Part shown: piece by piece, positions 46,117 through 54,884 of the stretch
Layout: each line of letters opens with the position of its first letter
Position numbering within the stretch: position 1 is the stretch's first letter
Assembly: GCA_001730085.1 (NCBI GenBank)
Contig: MDLB01000106.1
Location: 12,137 to 76,136 of the forward strand
Length of the DNA: 64,000 nucleotides
Direction: 5' to 3'
Source: PVC group bacterium (ex Bugula neritina AB1)
GTDB lineage: Bacteria; GCA-001730085
The notes under the pieces: generated by a model
What the model was told of the DNA's origin: nothing
What the model saw: the letters and a program-made list of their open reading frames with translations, nothing else
Databases searched by the model: none
Made by a program: the position numbers and the translations under genes

Positions 46117-47889
46117 ATGTCTATTTTGGGGCAACTTGTGCTAGTTTTTTTTCTTGGAACGATGGCTCAGTGGGTTGGATGGAGGTTAAACTTTCCTGCG
46201 ATTCTCTTACTGTTGGTATTGGGAATTTTTTTTGGTCCAGTCGCAGGCATTATTAATCCAGATCAAATCTTTGGCGATCTACTTATGCCTTTGATCGCAT
46301 TTTCTCTTGCCGTCATTTTGTTTGAAGGAGGGTTGACTCTTAAAATTTCTGAACTACGTAAATCAGGATCCGTTATTTTTCGGATGATTGTTGTTTGTTC
46401 TGGGATAACTTGGTTACTGAGTACTTTAGGAGCATACCTCATTTTAGACTTTAATTTAACGATGTCTTTCTTGTTGGGAGCCATTTTGGTGGTCACCGGA
46501 CCTACTGTCATTTTGCCAATGTTAAATTATATTAAGCCAGCAGATAGAGTTCGATCTATTTTGAAATGGGAAGGGATTGTCAACGATGCTATTGGAGCTG
46601 TTCTGGTTGTTTTGGTCTTTGAAACAGCCTTAACCTCTGGCTTCACAGAAGCTGGGAGCTTGTTTGTATTGGGGATATTAAAAGCTCTTGTTGTTGGGAC
46701 TTTTTTTGGGCTTCTGGTCGCTTTTATTCTGATTTTTTTTCTAAAGCAGCATTGGATACCTGATTTTTTGCAAAACTCTTTTGTTTTGATGGGGGTTTTG
46801 GGTGCCTTTGTTATCTCTAACTTTTTACAACATGAATCAGGACTATTAGCTGTGACTCTTGTTGGTGTGATCATGGGTAACCAGAGATTTGCATCGATAA
46901 GACATGTGATTGACTTTAAAGAAAACTTGCAGGTGATTTTAATTGCAGGTTTATTTGTTATATTGTCTTCGCGGCTTGACTTGCAAGAGATAAGAATGAT
47001 GCAAGGAAAGGGCTTCTTGTTTGTTGTTTTTCTAGTCTTTTTGTGTCGACCTTTAGCGGTTTTTCTTTCGACCTATCGTCAGAAATTAGCACTAAAAGAA
47101 CGTATTTTTATTTCTTTTTTAGCTCCAAGAGGGATTATTGCCGCAGCGGTAAGTGTTGTTTTTAGTGCAGAGCTAGAAAAAATGGGAGTTGAAGGTGCAA
47201 GGATGCTTGTTCCTGTAACGTTTATTGCTATTTTGGGAACGGTTTTTATTTATGGACTTTTAAGTAAACCTTTGGCTGTTTTTTTGAAGCTCGCGCACCC
47301 AAATCCACAGGGTTTACTGATTTTAGGATCTCATAGGTTGGCACGTAACTTGGCAAAAATTATAGCGAGTGAAGGGGTTCAAGTTGTCTTGGTTGACTCT
47401 AACTTAGGAAATGTAACGAAAGCTAGAATGGCTGGGCTTCTTGCTTACCGAGGAGATATTTTTTCGGAAAGTTTTGGAGAAGATTTATCGTTGAATGGGA
47501 TTGGTTTCTTTTTAGCTTTAACAGAAAACGATGAAATCAATGCTCTAAGTGCTTTGCATATGTCATATAGATTTAATCGTTCGTCTGTTTTTCAACTGCC
47601 TCCAGACTCTTCTTTTCATATGGAAAATGATAAAGAAAAACTGTATGCACGGATTTTATTTCAAGAAGATTTAACATATAAAAATTTATATCATTGTTTA
47701 GAAAATGGAGGGCAAATAAAAAAAACAAATCTTTCAGAAGAGTTCACTTTTTTAGACTTTAGAGATCACCATGGAGGAACGGTAGTTCTTCTTTTTGTTT
47801 TAACAAAACAAGGAAAGATGAACATTGTCTCGACAGATCAAAATTTTCATCCACAACCAGGAGATGTTATCTTTTACCTTAATCCATAA
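46117..47889 (+). CDS. CPA1-family cation:proton antiporter with C-terminal RCK/TrkA-like domain (590 aa)
   Basis: About 12 TM helices of Na+/H+ exchanger type, then a Rossmann-like LLILGSHRLARNLAKIIASEGVQVVLVDSN. Confidence 0.75.
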   Translation: MSILGQLVLVFFLGTMAQWVGWRLNFPAILLLLVLGIFFGPVAGIINPDQIFGDLLMPLIAFSLAVILFEGGLTLKISELRKSGSVIFRMIVVCSGITWLLSTLGAYLILDFNLTMSFLLGAILVVTGPTVILPMLNYIKPADRVRSILKWEGIVNDAIGAVLVVLVFETALTSGFTEAGSLFVLGILKALVVGTFFGLLVAFILIFFLKQHWIPDFLQNSFVLMGVLGAFVISNFLQHESGLLAVTLVGVIMGNQRFASIRHVIDFKENLQVILIAGLFVILSSRLDLQEIRMMQGKGFLFVVFLVFLCRPLAVFLSTYRQKLALKERIFISFLAPRGIIAAAVSVVFSAELEKMGVEGARMLVPVTFIAILGTVFIYGLLSKPLAVFLKLAHPNPQGLLILGSHRLARNLAKIIASEGVQVVLVDSNLGNVTKARMAGLLAYRGDIFSESFGEDLSLNGIGFFLALTENDEINALSALHMSYRFNRSSVFQLPPDSSFHMENDKEKLYARILFQEDLTYKNLYHCLENGGQIKKTNLSEEFTFLDFRDHHGGTVVLLFVLTKQGKMNIVSTDQNFHPQPGDVIFYLNP

Positions 47890-48050
47890 GAGTATGCGGA
47901 AAATTTTATATTTTTTTCTAAAGGACTTTTTTTAATACTAAACTTTTTTAAAAAGAATAGAAGTCGTATTGCAAGTTTATTGGCAATAGGATCTAAACTT
48001 TTTGAAAAACTTTAAAAGAGTGCTTAAGAGTTTTTTGTAATAGGTTTAAA

Positions 48051-50930
48051 GTGCGAAGGAGGTGTGTTTTGCGTGGAATAGCTTTCGTTGTTTCTCAACT
48101 GCTTGTTTTTAGTATTTTTTTTCCAAAAGGCTTATTTTCATTAGCGCCGCAATCTTTAAAATATCATATAGACATTAAAAATTCTGACAGAAGTGCTGCC
48201 AGAGAAGCGGCTAAGCTCGAAGAGATTAGATCTCTTGTCCGTAAAAAATTTTCAAAAAAAGGTATTCTAAAATCTTTTGTTAAAAATGTTTCTTTTTTCA
48301 AATGGATGTCTATTCAGGTGGTTTGTGTTTTCTTATTGGGTGCCGGCTGTATATTACTCCCTATTTTATCTATCTATTTTAAACTTTTAAGTCTATCTAT
48401 AGGGATTTCAGTATTGCTTTTAATTATGGGTTGCTTTATTTTAATTTATTTAGTAGTAGTTTTAGTTATTAATGTATCTAAAGTCTTTCATGTTCAAAAA
48501 GATTATAAAAACTTATTGATGAAAGATAGTTTTCTTAGATTTTTTAAAAAATGTTCATCGCTAAATGATTTACAAGATCTTGCTGAGTTGAGGAAGGGTG
48601 CAGCTGTTACAATTTTAAATGCTTTATTGAAGAAGGAGAACATATTTGAGATTTCGGCTATAAAAAAGTATTGGGAAGATATGTTGCAGGTATTATATGA
48701 GAACTATGATGATGATGATTTTTTCTTTAATGAGTTTATTATTAAAAAAATAGAAGAAGTTGATGGTAGTCATTATGAACACATTTCGATATCTGTGATA
48801 AGTTATTTGTTTTTTATTTCTTTATTTTCGATTGGAATTGTACTTTGTATTATAGGTTGTTTTTCTAGTTTTTTTCTAGGGGTTTCAATTTCTTTATTTC
48901 CTAAAACTTTGCTTGTTTTTTTTGGTTTGGTTTTTCTTCTATGTTCTATTGTTTTTTCATGGTGTGTTAGTTATGGGAGAGCACACACAAGGCATTCTAT
49001 AAGAAAAGATATTCTTTTTGAACAAGGAATAGAAGATTTTAAAGAGCAGGAAGAGGGCAAAGATTTTTATATGATAAATTTTCTAAAAAAAATGAGAAAA
49101 ATCATCTTTTCAAAATGTATGACTTACTTTTTGATCATAGGATCTATAGCTCTTTTTATTATCTCTTTCTATTATTTAACAAGTTTTCTGTTTTTGTTAT
49201 TTCTAATGACATCTTTTTTTCTTTTAGCGATAGGCTTGGCTTTTAATTCTTTAATAAAAAAGGCGAAAGATAATATTACATATCAAAATGGCTTAAGTTA
49301 TAATATAAAAAAACCCGCCTTGATGCAGTTTATTTCTGTTTTTCTAAATGAAAAAGATGGTTATCAGGAGAGTGATCCTAAAAAGAGAGAAGGTTATTTG
49401 AGTATTTTAACTAGATTTATTGATAAGAGAGTTGTTTTAAAATTTAAACATTTGCTTTATTTAGTAAATTTTATTATAATTTTTTCTTTAGTTCTTAATA
49501 TTCTATTGTCTTTACTTTTTAGGTTGATTTATTTAGATTCTTTTTCATATTTTTTTTCGAATGTTTTTTTTCTTATTAATGGAATCCTATTGATTTTTCT
49601 TGCTACGCTAAATTTTATTATATTTTTTTATAAAAAAGAATTACAAAAGAATATCTTTGACGACAGAGATAGGGAGGTTTTTATTAGGAAACTTTTCTTA
49701 GGAGAGCTTATTAGAAATAAAGAGCTTGAGGCTCAAGTAAAGTATAGTTCTTATCAGATTTCGCAAAAAGATTCTTCGTTAGTTGAAGAGCGGATTTCCG
49801 AACTTAAAAAGATGAATAAGGCTTTAAAAAAGAAGGTATATGAACTAAACGCGCAGATAAAAGAACGAGAGGATACGAATGATCATTCGAGAGATGATAT
49901 TGTCTATCGAGACGTTCAGCCAAAAAAGTTTGAACAGGTAGTGATGTCTGAAGTTGACTGCGAGCTATGGGATCTGACTTATAATGAGATGTTTGAAGCT
50001 TATAAAGATTTAGCAGAGTTAACCGCGAGCAATGTTGAATCAATAAATATGATGATTATGGATTTGTTGAATTCATATGTGTTCTATGCTTTTGAGTTTA
50101 ATAAAAAATATAAAAAAGAATATAAAAAAGAAGCAAAAGAATATAAGCATGATTGTAAAAATATCTTAGGTGAGCTTTTTAGAAATGCTTGCGAGTATCT
50201 AGATCTATTTGATATTTATGAAGATTATGCTAAAAATTTTAACAATATAACTGATACTCTGATGAAAATTGATCAAAAAATGATTGAAGATGGTAGGTAT
50301 GAGGAAAGTTTATTTCCAGAGGAATGGGGATATATTCAACCAGAGTCGTTTTTATCTAAGAATCTTTGTCTTATTAAATTAGAAGAATACTGGGATGAAT
50401 TAAAGAAAAAGACAGAAGCAGAAGAGGAACGTTTGTTAGAGTATCTAATAGCGGCACCTAAACTGATGAAAGAGCTTTTACGTAGTTACTTTGAAGAGGA
50501 AGATGATTTAGCAGGTAGGTCGGAGGAGCAGTTGAATATTGAGGGTAAAGAGGATACAAAGTCTCAATTTTTTTGTAGTGAACTAAAAGATGTGTTTAGG
50601 AAGTCATGCATGAACCTGAATGCTGTCCCTTCTGTGGTTATACAAGATGAGGGTGGTTTTGACAAAACGCTAATGGATCCAAGTGGGAAAAGACATAAGG
50701 TGGTTCGATCTCATTCTCATTCCGATAAAGTTCATCCAAATGGTTATGGACATGAGCAGTTTCTTAAACACCCAAGTAAGATTGGTTCTTTTCTGGAACT
50801 TCCCCCTGGTTTTAATAGTAAAAAGGAGTTCTCTGTAGACAATCTTGCTGATCTTATTGCGGAGCAATCTCGTCATAAACAAAAAGACAGTCATAAGAGC
50901 AGTAGTTGCTTATTAGGCCTCGCGGCGTAG
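48051..50930 (+). CDS. Orphan 959-aa polytopic membrane / coiled-coil protein, function unknown
   Basis: Uninterrupted 2.9-kb ORF in AT-rich DNA. GTG 48051, or in-frame TTG 48069 preceded by AGGAGG (48057-48062). Four hydrophobic hairpin blocks separated by charged linkers, a heptad-like segment, and an acidic/aromatic C-terminal third. I recognise no family motif. Confidence 0.85.
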   Translation: MRRRCVLRGIAFVVSQLLVFSIFFPKGLFSLAPQSLKYHIDIKNSDRSAAREAAKLEEIRSLVRKKFSKKGILKSFVKNVSFFKWMSIQVVCVFLLGAGCILLPILSIYFKLLSLSIGISVLLLIMGCFILIYLVVVLVINVSKVFHVQKDYKNLLMKDSFLRFFKKCSSLNDLQDLAELRKGAAVTILNALLKKENIFEISAIKKYWEDMLQVLYENYDDDDFFFNEFIIKKIEEVDGSHYEHISISVISYLFFISLFSIGIVLCIIGCFSSFFLGVSISLFPKTLLVFFGLVFLLCSIVFSWCVSYGRAHTRHSIRKDILFEQGIEDFKEQEEGKDFYMINFLKKMRKIIFSKCMTYFLIIGSIALFIISFYYLTSFLFLLFLMTSFFLLAIGLAFNSLIKKAKDNITYQNGLSYNIKKPALMQFISVFLNEKDGYQESDPKKREGYLSILTRFIDKRVVLKFKHLLYLVNFIIIFSLVLNILLSLLFRLIYLDSFSYFFSNVFFLINGILLIFLATLNFIIFFYKKELQKNIFDDRDREVFIRKLFLGELIRNKELEAQVKYSSYQISQKDSSLVEERISELKKMNKALKKKVYELNAQIKEREDTNDHSRDDIVYRDVQPKKFEQVVMSEVDCELWDLTYNEMFEAYKDLAELTASNVESINMMIMDLLNSYVFYAFEFNKKYKKEYKKEAKEYKHDCKNILGELFRNACEYLDLFDIYEDYAKNFNNITDTLMKIDQKMIEDGRYEESLFPEEWGYIQPESFLSKNLCLIKLEEYWDELKKKTEAEEERLLEYLIAAPKLMKELLRSYFEEEDDLAGRSEEQLNIEGKEDTKSQFFCSELKDVFRKSCMNLNAVPSVVIQDEGGFDKTLMDPSGKRHKVVRSHSHSDKVHPNGYGHEQFLKHPSKIGSFLELPPGFNSKKEFSVDNLADLIAEQSRHKQKDSHKSSSCLLGLAA

Positions 50931-51189
50931 AAGATTCGAATGAGGTTATATGAATTGAGAGTCTTTTTGATAAAGATAAAAGCTTAGATAGATGTAAGAT
51001 ATTTTAAGAGATCATTGAAAAATAGGGCATAAGTTTTTTCGTCGTTTTTTAAAAAATGGTTATTTCTAATAAAAACATACCTGCTGAGAATACGAACTTT
51101 TTTCGAAATAACAAAGTGTTGTAAAACTTATTTCAGTAAAGGATATGGGATATTTTCTAATAATTTTATGATATAAAAATTTTAGAATG

Positions 51190-51218
51190 TTGACTATTTT
51201 TTAAAATTTTGTTATAGT
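51190..51218 (+). promoter_or_regulatory. Sigma70-like promoter TTGACT-N17-TATAGT for the tRNA cluster
   Basis: TTGACT 51190-51195, 17-nt spacer, TATAGT 51213-51218. tRNA-Lys starts at 51234. Confidence 0.5.
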
Positions 51219-51233
51219 TTTTCCCTTATGTTG

Positions 51234-51306
51234 GCCCGTATAGCTCAGCTGGCAGAGCATCTGACTCTTAATCAGAGGGTCCTAGGTTCGATCCCTAGTG
51301 CGGGCA
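51234..51306 (+). tRNA. tRNA-Lys (anticodon CTT)
   Basis: Hand-folded cloverleaf: acceptor GCCCGTA/TGCGGGC, D arm GCTC..GAGC, anticodon stem TCTGA/TCAGA with loop CTCTTAA, T arm CTAGG-TTCGATC-CCTAG. No encoded CCA. Confidence 0.9.
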
Positions 51307-51339
51307 TATTGAAAGAAAAAATTTAAATACAGCTATAAA

Positions 51340-51421
51340 GCGAAAGTGGCGAAACTGGTAGACGCACTAGACTTAGGATCTAGCGCCTTCGGGTGTGTGG
51401 GTTCGAATCCCACCTTTCGCA
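51340..51421 (+). tRNA. tRNA-Leu (anticodon TAG), long variable arm
   Basis: Acceptor GCGAAAG/CTTTCGC, anticodon stem CTAGA/TCTAG with loop CTTAGGA, variable arm GCGCCTTCGGGTGT, T arm GTGGG-TTCGAAT-CCCAC. No encoded CCA. Confidence 0.9.
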
Positions 51422-51437
51422 TGTTTTTATAATATAA

Positions 51438-51512
51438 GCGGGAGTAGCTCAGTGGCAGAGCGCGACCTTGCCAAGGTTGAGGTCGGGGGTTCGAATCCCC
51501 TCTCCCGCTCCA
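51438..51512 (+). tRNA. tRNA-Gly (anticodon GCC), CCA encoded
   Basis: Acceptor GCGGGAG/CTCCCGC, anticodon loop TTGCCAA, T arm GGGGG-TTCGAAT-CCCCT, 3' TCCA. Confidence 0.9.
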
Positions 51513-51569
51513 AATATGGATTTTGTTATCTGCATTTGTGAAGATAATGAAAAATAAAAGGGGCGATAG

Positions 51570-52907
51570 ATGATGAACGTCTTTGTTGAACAAGTGAGTC
51601 CTTGTAAAAAGCGTGTTTCTGTTGATTTTGAGCATGAAGATGTTAAAGATGTATTAAATCATGTCCTAGGGTCTTTTTCTAAAAATGCTCAATTGCCAGG
51701 TTTTCGCAAAGGGAAAGTTCCTCTTTCCATGGTTGAGAAATGTTTTAAGAAAGAGTTGGATCAAGAATGTAAAACTCACCTTTTTCGAGAAACATATCCC
51801 GATATTATTCAAAAAAATGAACTAGAACCTTTATTTGATCCTATTGTAGAAGAGTTTTCTTTGGAAGCGAACTCCCCTATGAAGTTAGTTTTTCTTATCG
51901 AAGAGAAACCTGATTTTGATTTAGTCAAATATAAAAATCTTGAATTGAAAAAAAATGAATATATTTGTACCGACGACTTTTTTGAAAAGAATTTTCGCCG
52001 AGTACTTTTCTCTAACTTTGAGTTCAAAAGAAGAGAAGAGGAAGAGGAAGCTGTTGTTGTAGATGGTGATTTTTGTCATCTTAGCTATACTATTCTTTTG
52101 GATGATGAGGAAATTTTGAAAAGAGAGAGATACGGTTTTTTTGTTGGTGAAAAAAGTGACTTTCGATCAGAAGGATGGCATGTTGACTGTGATGGAATGA
52201 GCATTCCTGTTGCAGGCTTAAAGGTTGGTCAAGAAGAGACTTTTGATGTGACTTTGCCAGAAGATTCTTTTGATGAAAAATATGCAGGTCAAAAGGCTAA
52301 ACTTCAACTTTTGGTCACAGATATTTTCTTTAAAGACGATCTAGATGAATTTTTACAAGAAAACGATGAAAATAAAGACCTTGAATCTTTTAGGCAAAAT
52401 GTGAAAGAGCAGACCGTTGATATGTTTGCTAGACAAACAATGGAAGCTTTAGATGCGACTGTTTTTGAAGAGTTGCTCCGTTTGAATCCCTTGGAGTTTG
52501 TTCCAGAGTCTTTGGTTCAAAACTGGGAAATTTTACTCATGAGAAAACGGATGAATGATATGCTTAAAGAAGGTCAGGATATGAAAAATGTTGAGCTTCA
52601 ACTGAGTAAATCTAAAGATTATTTTCACGAAAAAGCTGAAGAAATGGCTAAAATAGATCTTTTAATAGAAAAAATTGTGGAAGAAGAAGACATATCTTTG
52701 TCCGAAGATGAGCTAATAGACTATGCTCGTAGAATGAAGAAAGAGGGTGATAGACAGGGTTATGAAGATTTTTATGAAGGTCATCCAGAGGAGAAAATTC
52801 TAATTGAGCTTCGTCAGAAATTACTCCGTGGGTTATCTCAGGAGAAAGTTTTATCTTTTGTGAAAGAACAAGCTACGGTTGTTTCTGAGAATAAAGAAAT
52901 ATCTTGA
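51570..52907 (+). CDS. tig: Trigger factor
   Basis: Ribosome-binding signature GFRKGKVP, central FKBP-like segment. Canonical tig-clpP-clpX-lon order. Confidence 0.92.
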   Translation: MMNVFVEQVSPCKKRVSVDFEHEDVKDVLNHVLGSFSKNAQLPGFRKGKVPLSMVEKCFKKELDQECKTHLFRETYPDIIQKNELEPLFDPIVEEFSLEANSPMKLVFLIEEKPDFDLVKYKNLELKKNEYICTDDFFEKNFRRVLFSNFEFKRREEEEEAVVVDGDFCHLSYTILLDDEEILKRERYGFFVGEKSDFRSEGWHVDCDGMSIPVAGLKVGQEETFDVTLPEDSFDEKYAGQKAKLQLLVTDIFFKDDLDEFLQENDENKDLESFRQNVKEQTVDMFARQTMEALDATVFEELLRLNPLEFVPESLVQNWEILLMRKRMNDMLKEGQDMKNVELQLSKSKDYFHEKAEEMAKIDLLIEKIVEEEDISLSEDELIDYARRMKKEGDRQGYEDFYEGHPEEKILIELRQKLLRGLSQEKVLSFVKEQATVVSENKEIS

Positions 52908-52958
52908 GAAGTTGTGAAGACGGGTATTTGAAAAAAATCAAAGAGGGAGATACTGTTT

Positions 52959-53561
52959 ATGTCGATACTAGTTCCAATGGTTGTTGAAAGATCTGAAAGA
53001 GGTGAGCGTTCTTACGATATTTATTCTCGGCTTTTGAAAGATCGGATTATTTTTATTGGTACTCCTATTGATGATAACGTGGCAAATATAGTTATCGCTC
53101 AATTGCTTTTTTTGCAAATGGAGGATGCTCATAAAGATATCCACCTTTATATTAATTCTCCTGGAGGTTCTGTTACGGCGGGCTTGGCTATGTACGATAC
53201 GATGCAATTTGTTAAATGTGATGTCACAACCTACTGTTTAGGACAATGCGCCAGTATGGGTGCAGTTCTTTTGGCAGCAGGTACAGCCGGTAAAAGATAT
53301 GCTTTGCCCAATTCACGTGTTATGATTCACCAGCCTTGGGGAGGTGTGCAGGGGACGGCTTCCGATATTAGTATTCAAGCCAACGAGATTTTGAAAATGA
53401 AAGAAAAACTTAATGGTATTCTTGCTCATCATTGTGGTCGTTCAATAGAAGATCTTGAGAAAGATACAGATAGGGATAAGTTTTTATCGGCAGAAGAAGC
53501 TTGTAAATATGGCTTGGTTGATGAAGTTCTTTCTTTTCAGGCTAAGGATAATAAAGAGTAA
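52959..53561 (+). CDS. clpP: ATP-dependent Clp protease proteolytic subunit
   Basis: [16 protein letters not shown]; the catalytic Ser, His and Asp contexts (GQCASMG, IHQP, RD) are present. Confidence 0.96.
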   Translation: MSILVPMVVERSERGERSYDIYSRLLKDRIIFIGTPIDDNVANIVIAQLLFLQMEDAHKDIHLYINSPGGSVTAGLAMYDTMQFVKCDVTTYCLGQCASMGAVLLAAGTAGKRYALPNSRVMIHQPWGGVQGTASDISIQANEILKMKEKLNGILAHHCGRSIEDLEKDTDRDKFLSAEEACKYGLVDEVLSFQAKDNKE

Positions 53562-53586
53562 CCCCTAGATTGAAAGAGTTTTTGTC

Positions 53587-54879
53587 ATGTTAAAGTGTTC
53601 TTTTTGTTCAAAGTCACAAAGCGAAGTTTCTAAGTTGATCACAGGTCCGGATGTTTCTATTTGTGATGAATGTGTTTTTTTATGCATGGATGTTGTGGAA
53701 GAAGACTCTTTGGAAAAACGTTCAACTGGTGCTAAAAAAAAGCCAACCTCAGGGGAAAATTTGCCTCTTATTGATTTTAAAAACATGCCTAAACCCGAAG
53801 CTCTTAAGTCTCTTTTAGATGAGTATGTTATAGGCCACAATGAGACAAAGAAAAAATTGTCTGTAGCCGTTTATAATCATTATAAAAGATTACAATATAA
53901 CCAGAATCAAGATGGAGATGTTGAACTTGAAAAAGCGAATCTTCTTTTGATAGGGTCAACGGGGAGTGGTAAGACTTATTTAGCAAAAACATTGGCGCAA
54001 CTTTTAGATGTTCCCTTTGCTATTGCTGATGCAACAACTTTGACCGAAGCTGGCTATGTCGGAGAAGATGTTGAGAATATCATTTTGAGACTTTTGCAAA
54101 GTTCTGAGTTTAATGTGGAAAGGGCTCAAAGAGGTATTGTATATATTGATGAAGTTGATAAAATCGCTAGGACGACAGATAATTTGTCAATAACACGAGA
54201 TGTTTCTGGAGAAGGTGTTCAGCAAGCACTTTTGAAGCTTTTAGAAGGACATGAAATCAATGTGCCTCCTCAAGGAGGTAGGAAGCATCCTCAACAAGAA
54301 TATATTCAAGTAGATACTTCTCAGATTCTATTTATTGCAGGAGGAACTTTTGCAGGTCTTGAGAATCTGATCAGTAATCGATTGGGAAAAAGTAGTATTG
54401 GCTACCTTGCTGATGATCAGTTGGAACAAAAAGATAAAAATGATGACCGAGAATACCTTTTGAGTCATTTGATGCCTGAGGATTTGGTGAGATTTGGCCT
54501 TATCCCAGAGTTTATAGGTCGTTTGCCTGTTATAACAACGTTAGCTTCTTTGGAGAAAAAAGACTTGGTGCGTATTTTGGTTGAGCCCAAAAATGCTTTA
54601 ATAAAACAGTATCAAGCTTTTTTTGAGATGGAGGAAGTTGAGTTGATTTTCACTAAAAAGTCTCTTGAGGAAGTGGCTTCAAAGGCTTTGGAGCAAAAAA
54701 CAGGAGCTAGAGGCTTGAGAGGTATTATTGAGAATATTTTATTGGATGAAATGTATAGCTTGCCATCCTCTGATAAACCTGTTGAGAAATGTTTGGTTGA
54801 TGAGGAAGTTGTTTTAGGCGAAAAGAAACCTATTCGGACTTTTCTTAAAGAGACGGCAACAGATCCGAGAGTGGCTTGA
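53587..54879 (+). CDS. clpX: ATP-dependent Clp protease ATP-binding subunit ClpX
   Basis: N-terminal zinc-binding domain CSFCSKS...CDEC, Walker [20 protein letters not shown]-like loop region. Confidence 0.96.
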   Translation: MLKCSFCSKSQSEVSKLITGPDVSICDECVFLCMDVVEEDSLEKRSTGAKKKPTSGENLPLIDFKNMPKPEALKSLLDEYVIGHNETKKKLSVAVYNHYKRLQYNQNQDGDVELEKANLLLIGSTGSGKTYLAKTLAQLLDVPFAIADATTLTEAGYVGEDVENIILRLLQSSEFNVERAQRGIVYIDEVDKIARTTDNLSITRDVSGEGVQQALLKLLEGHEINVPPQGGRKHPQQEYIQVDTSQILFIAGGTFAGLENLISNRLGKSSIGYLADDQLEQKDKNDDREYLLSHLMPEDLVRFGLIPEFIGRLPVITTLASLEKKDLVRILVEPKNALIKQYQAFFEMEEVELIFTKKSLEEVASKALEQKTGARGLRGIIENILLDEMYSLPSSDKPVEKCLVDEEVVLGEKKPIRTFLKETATDPRVA

Positions 54880-54884
54880 TTTTG

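Noticed and set aside
51333-51635. 100-aa minus-strand ORF in the supplied track.
   Set aside because: It lies antisense across tRNA-Leu and tRNA-Gly and the tig start. It is stop-free only because of the GC-rich tRNA sequence, so it is an artefact.
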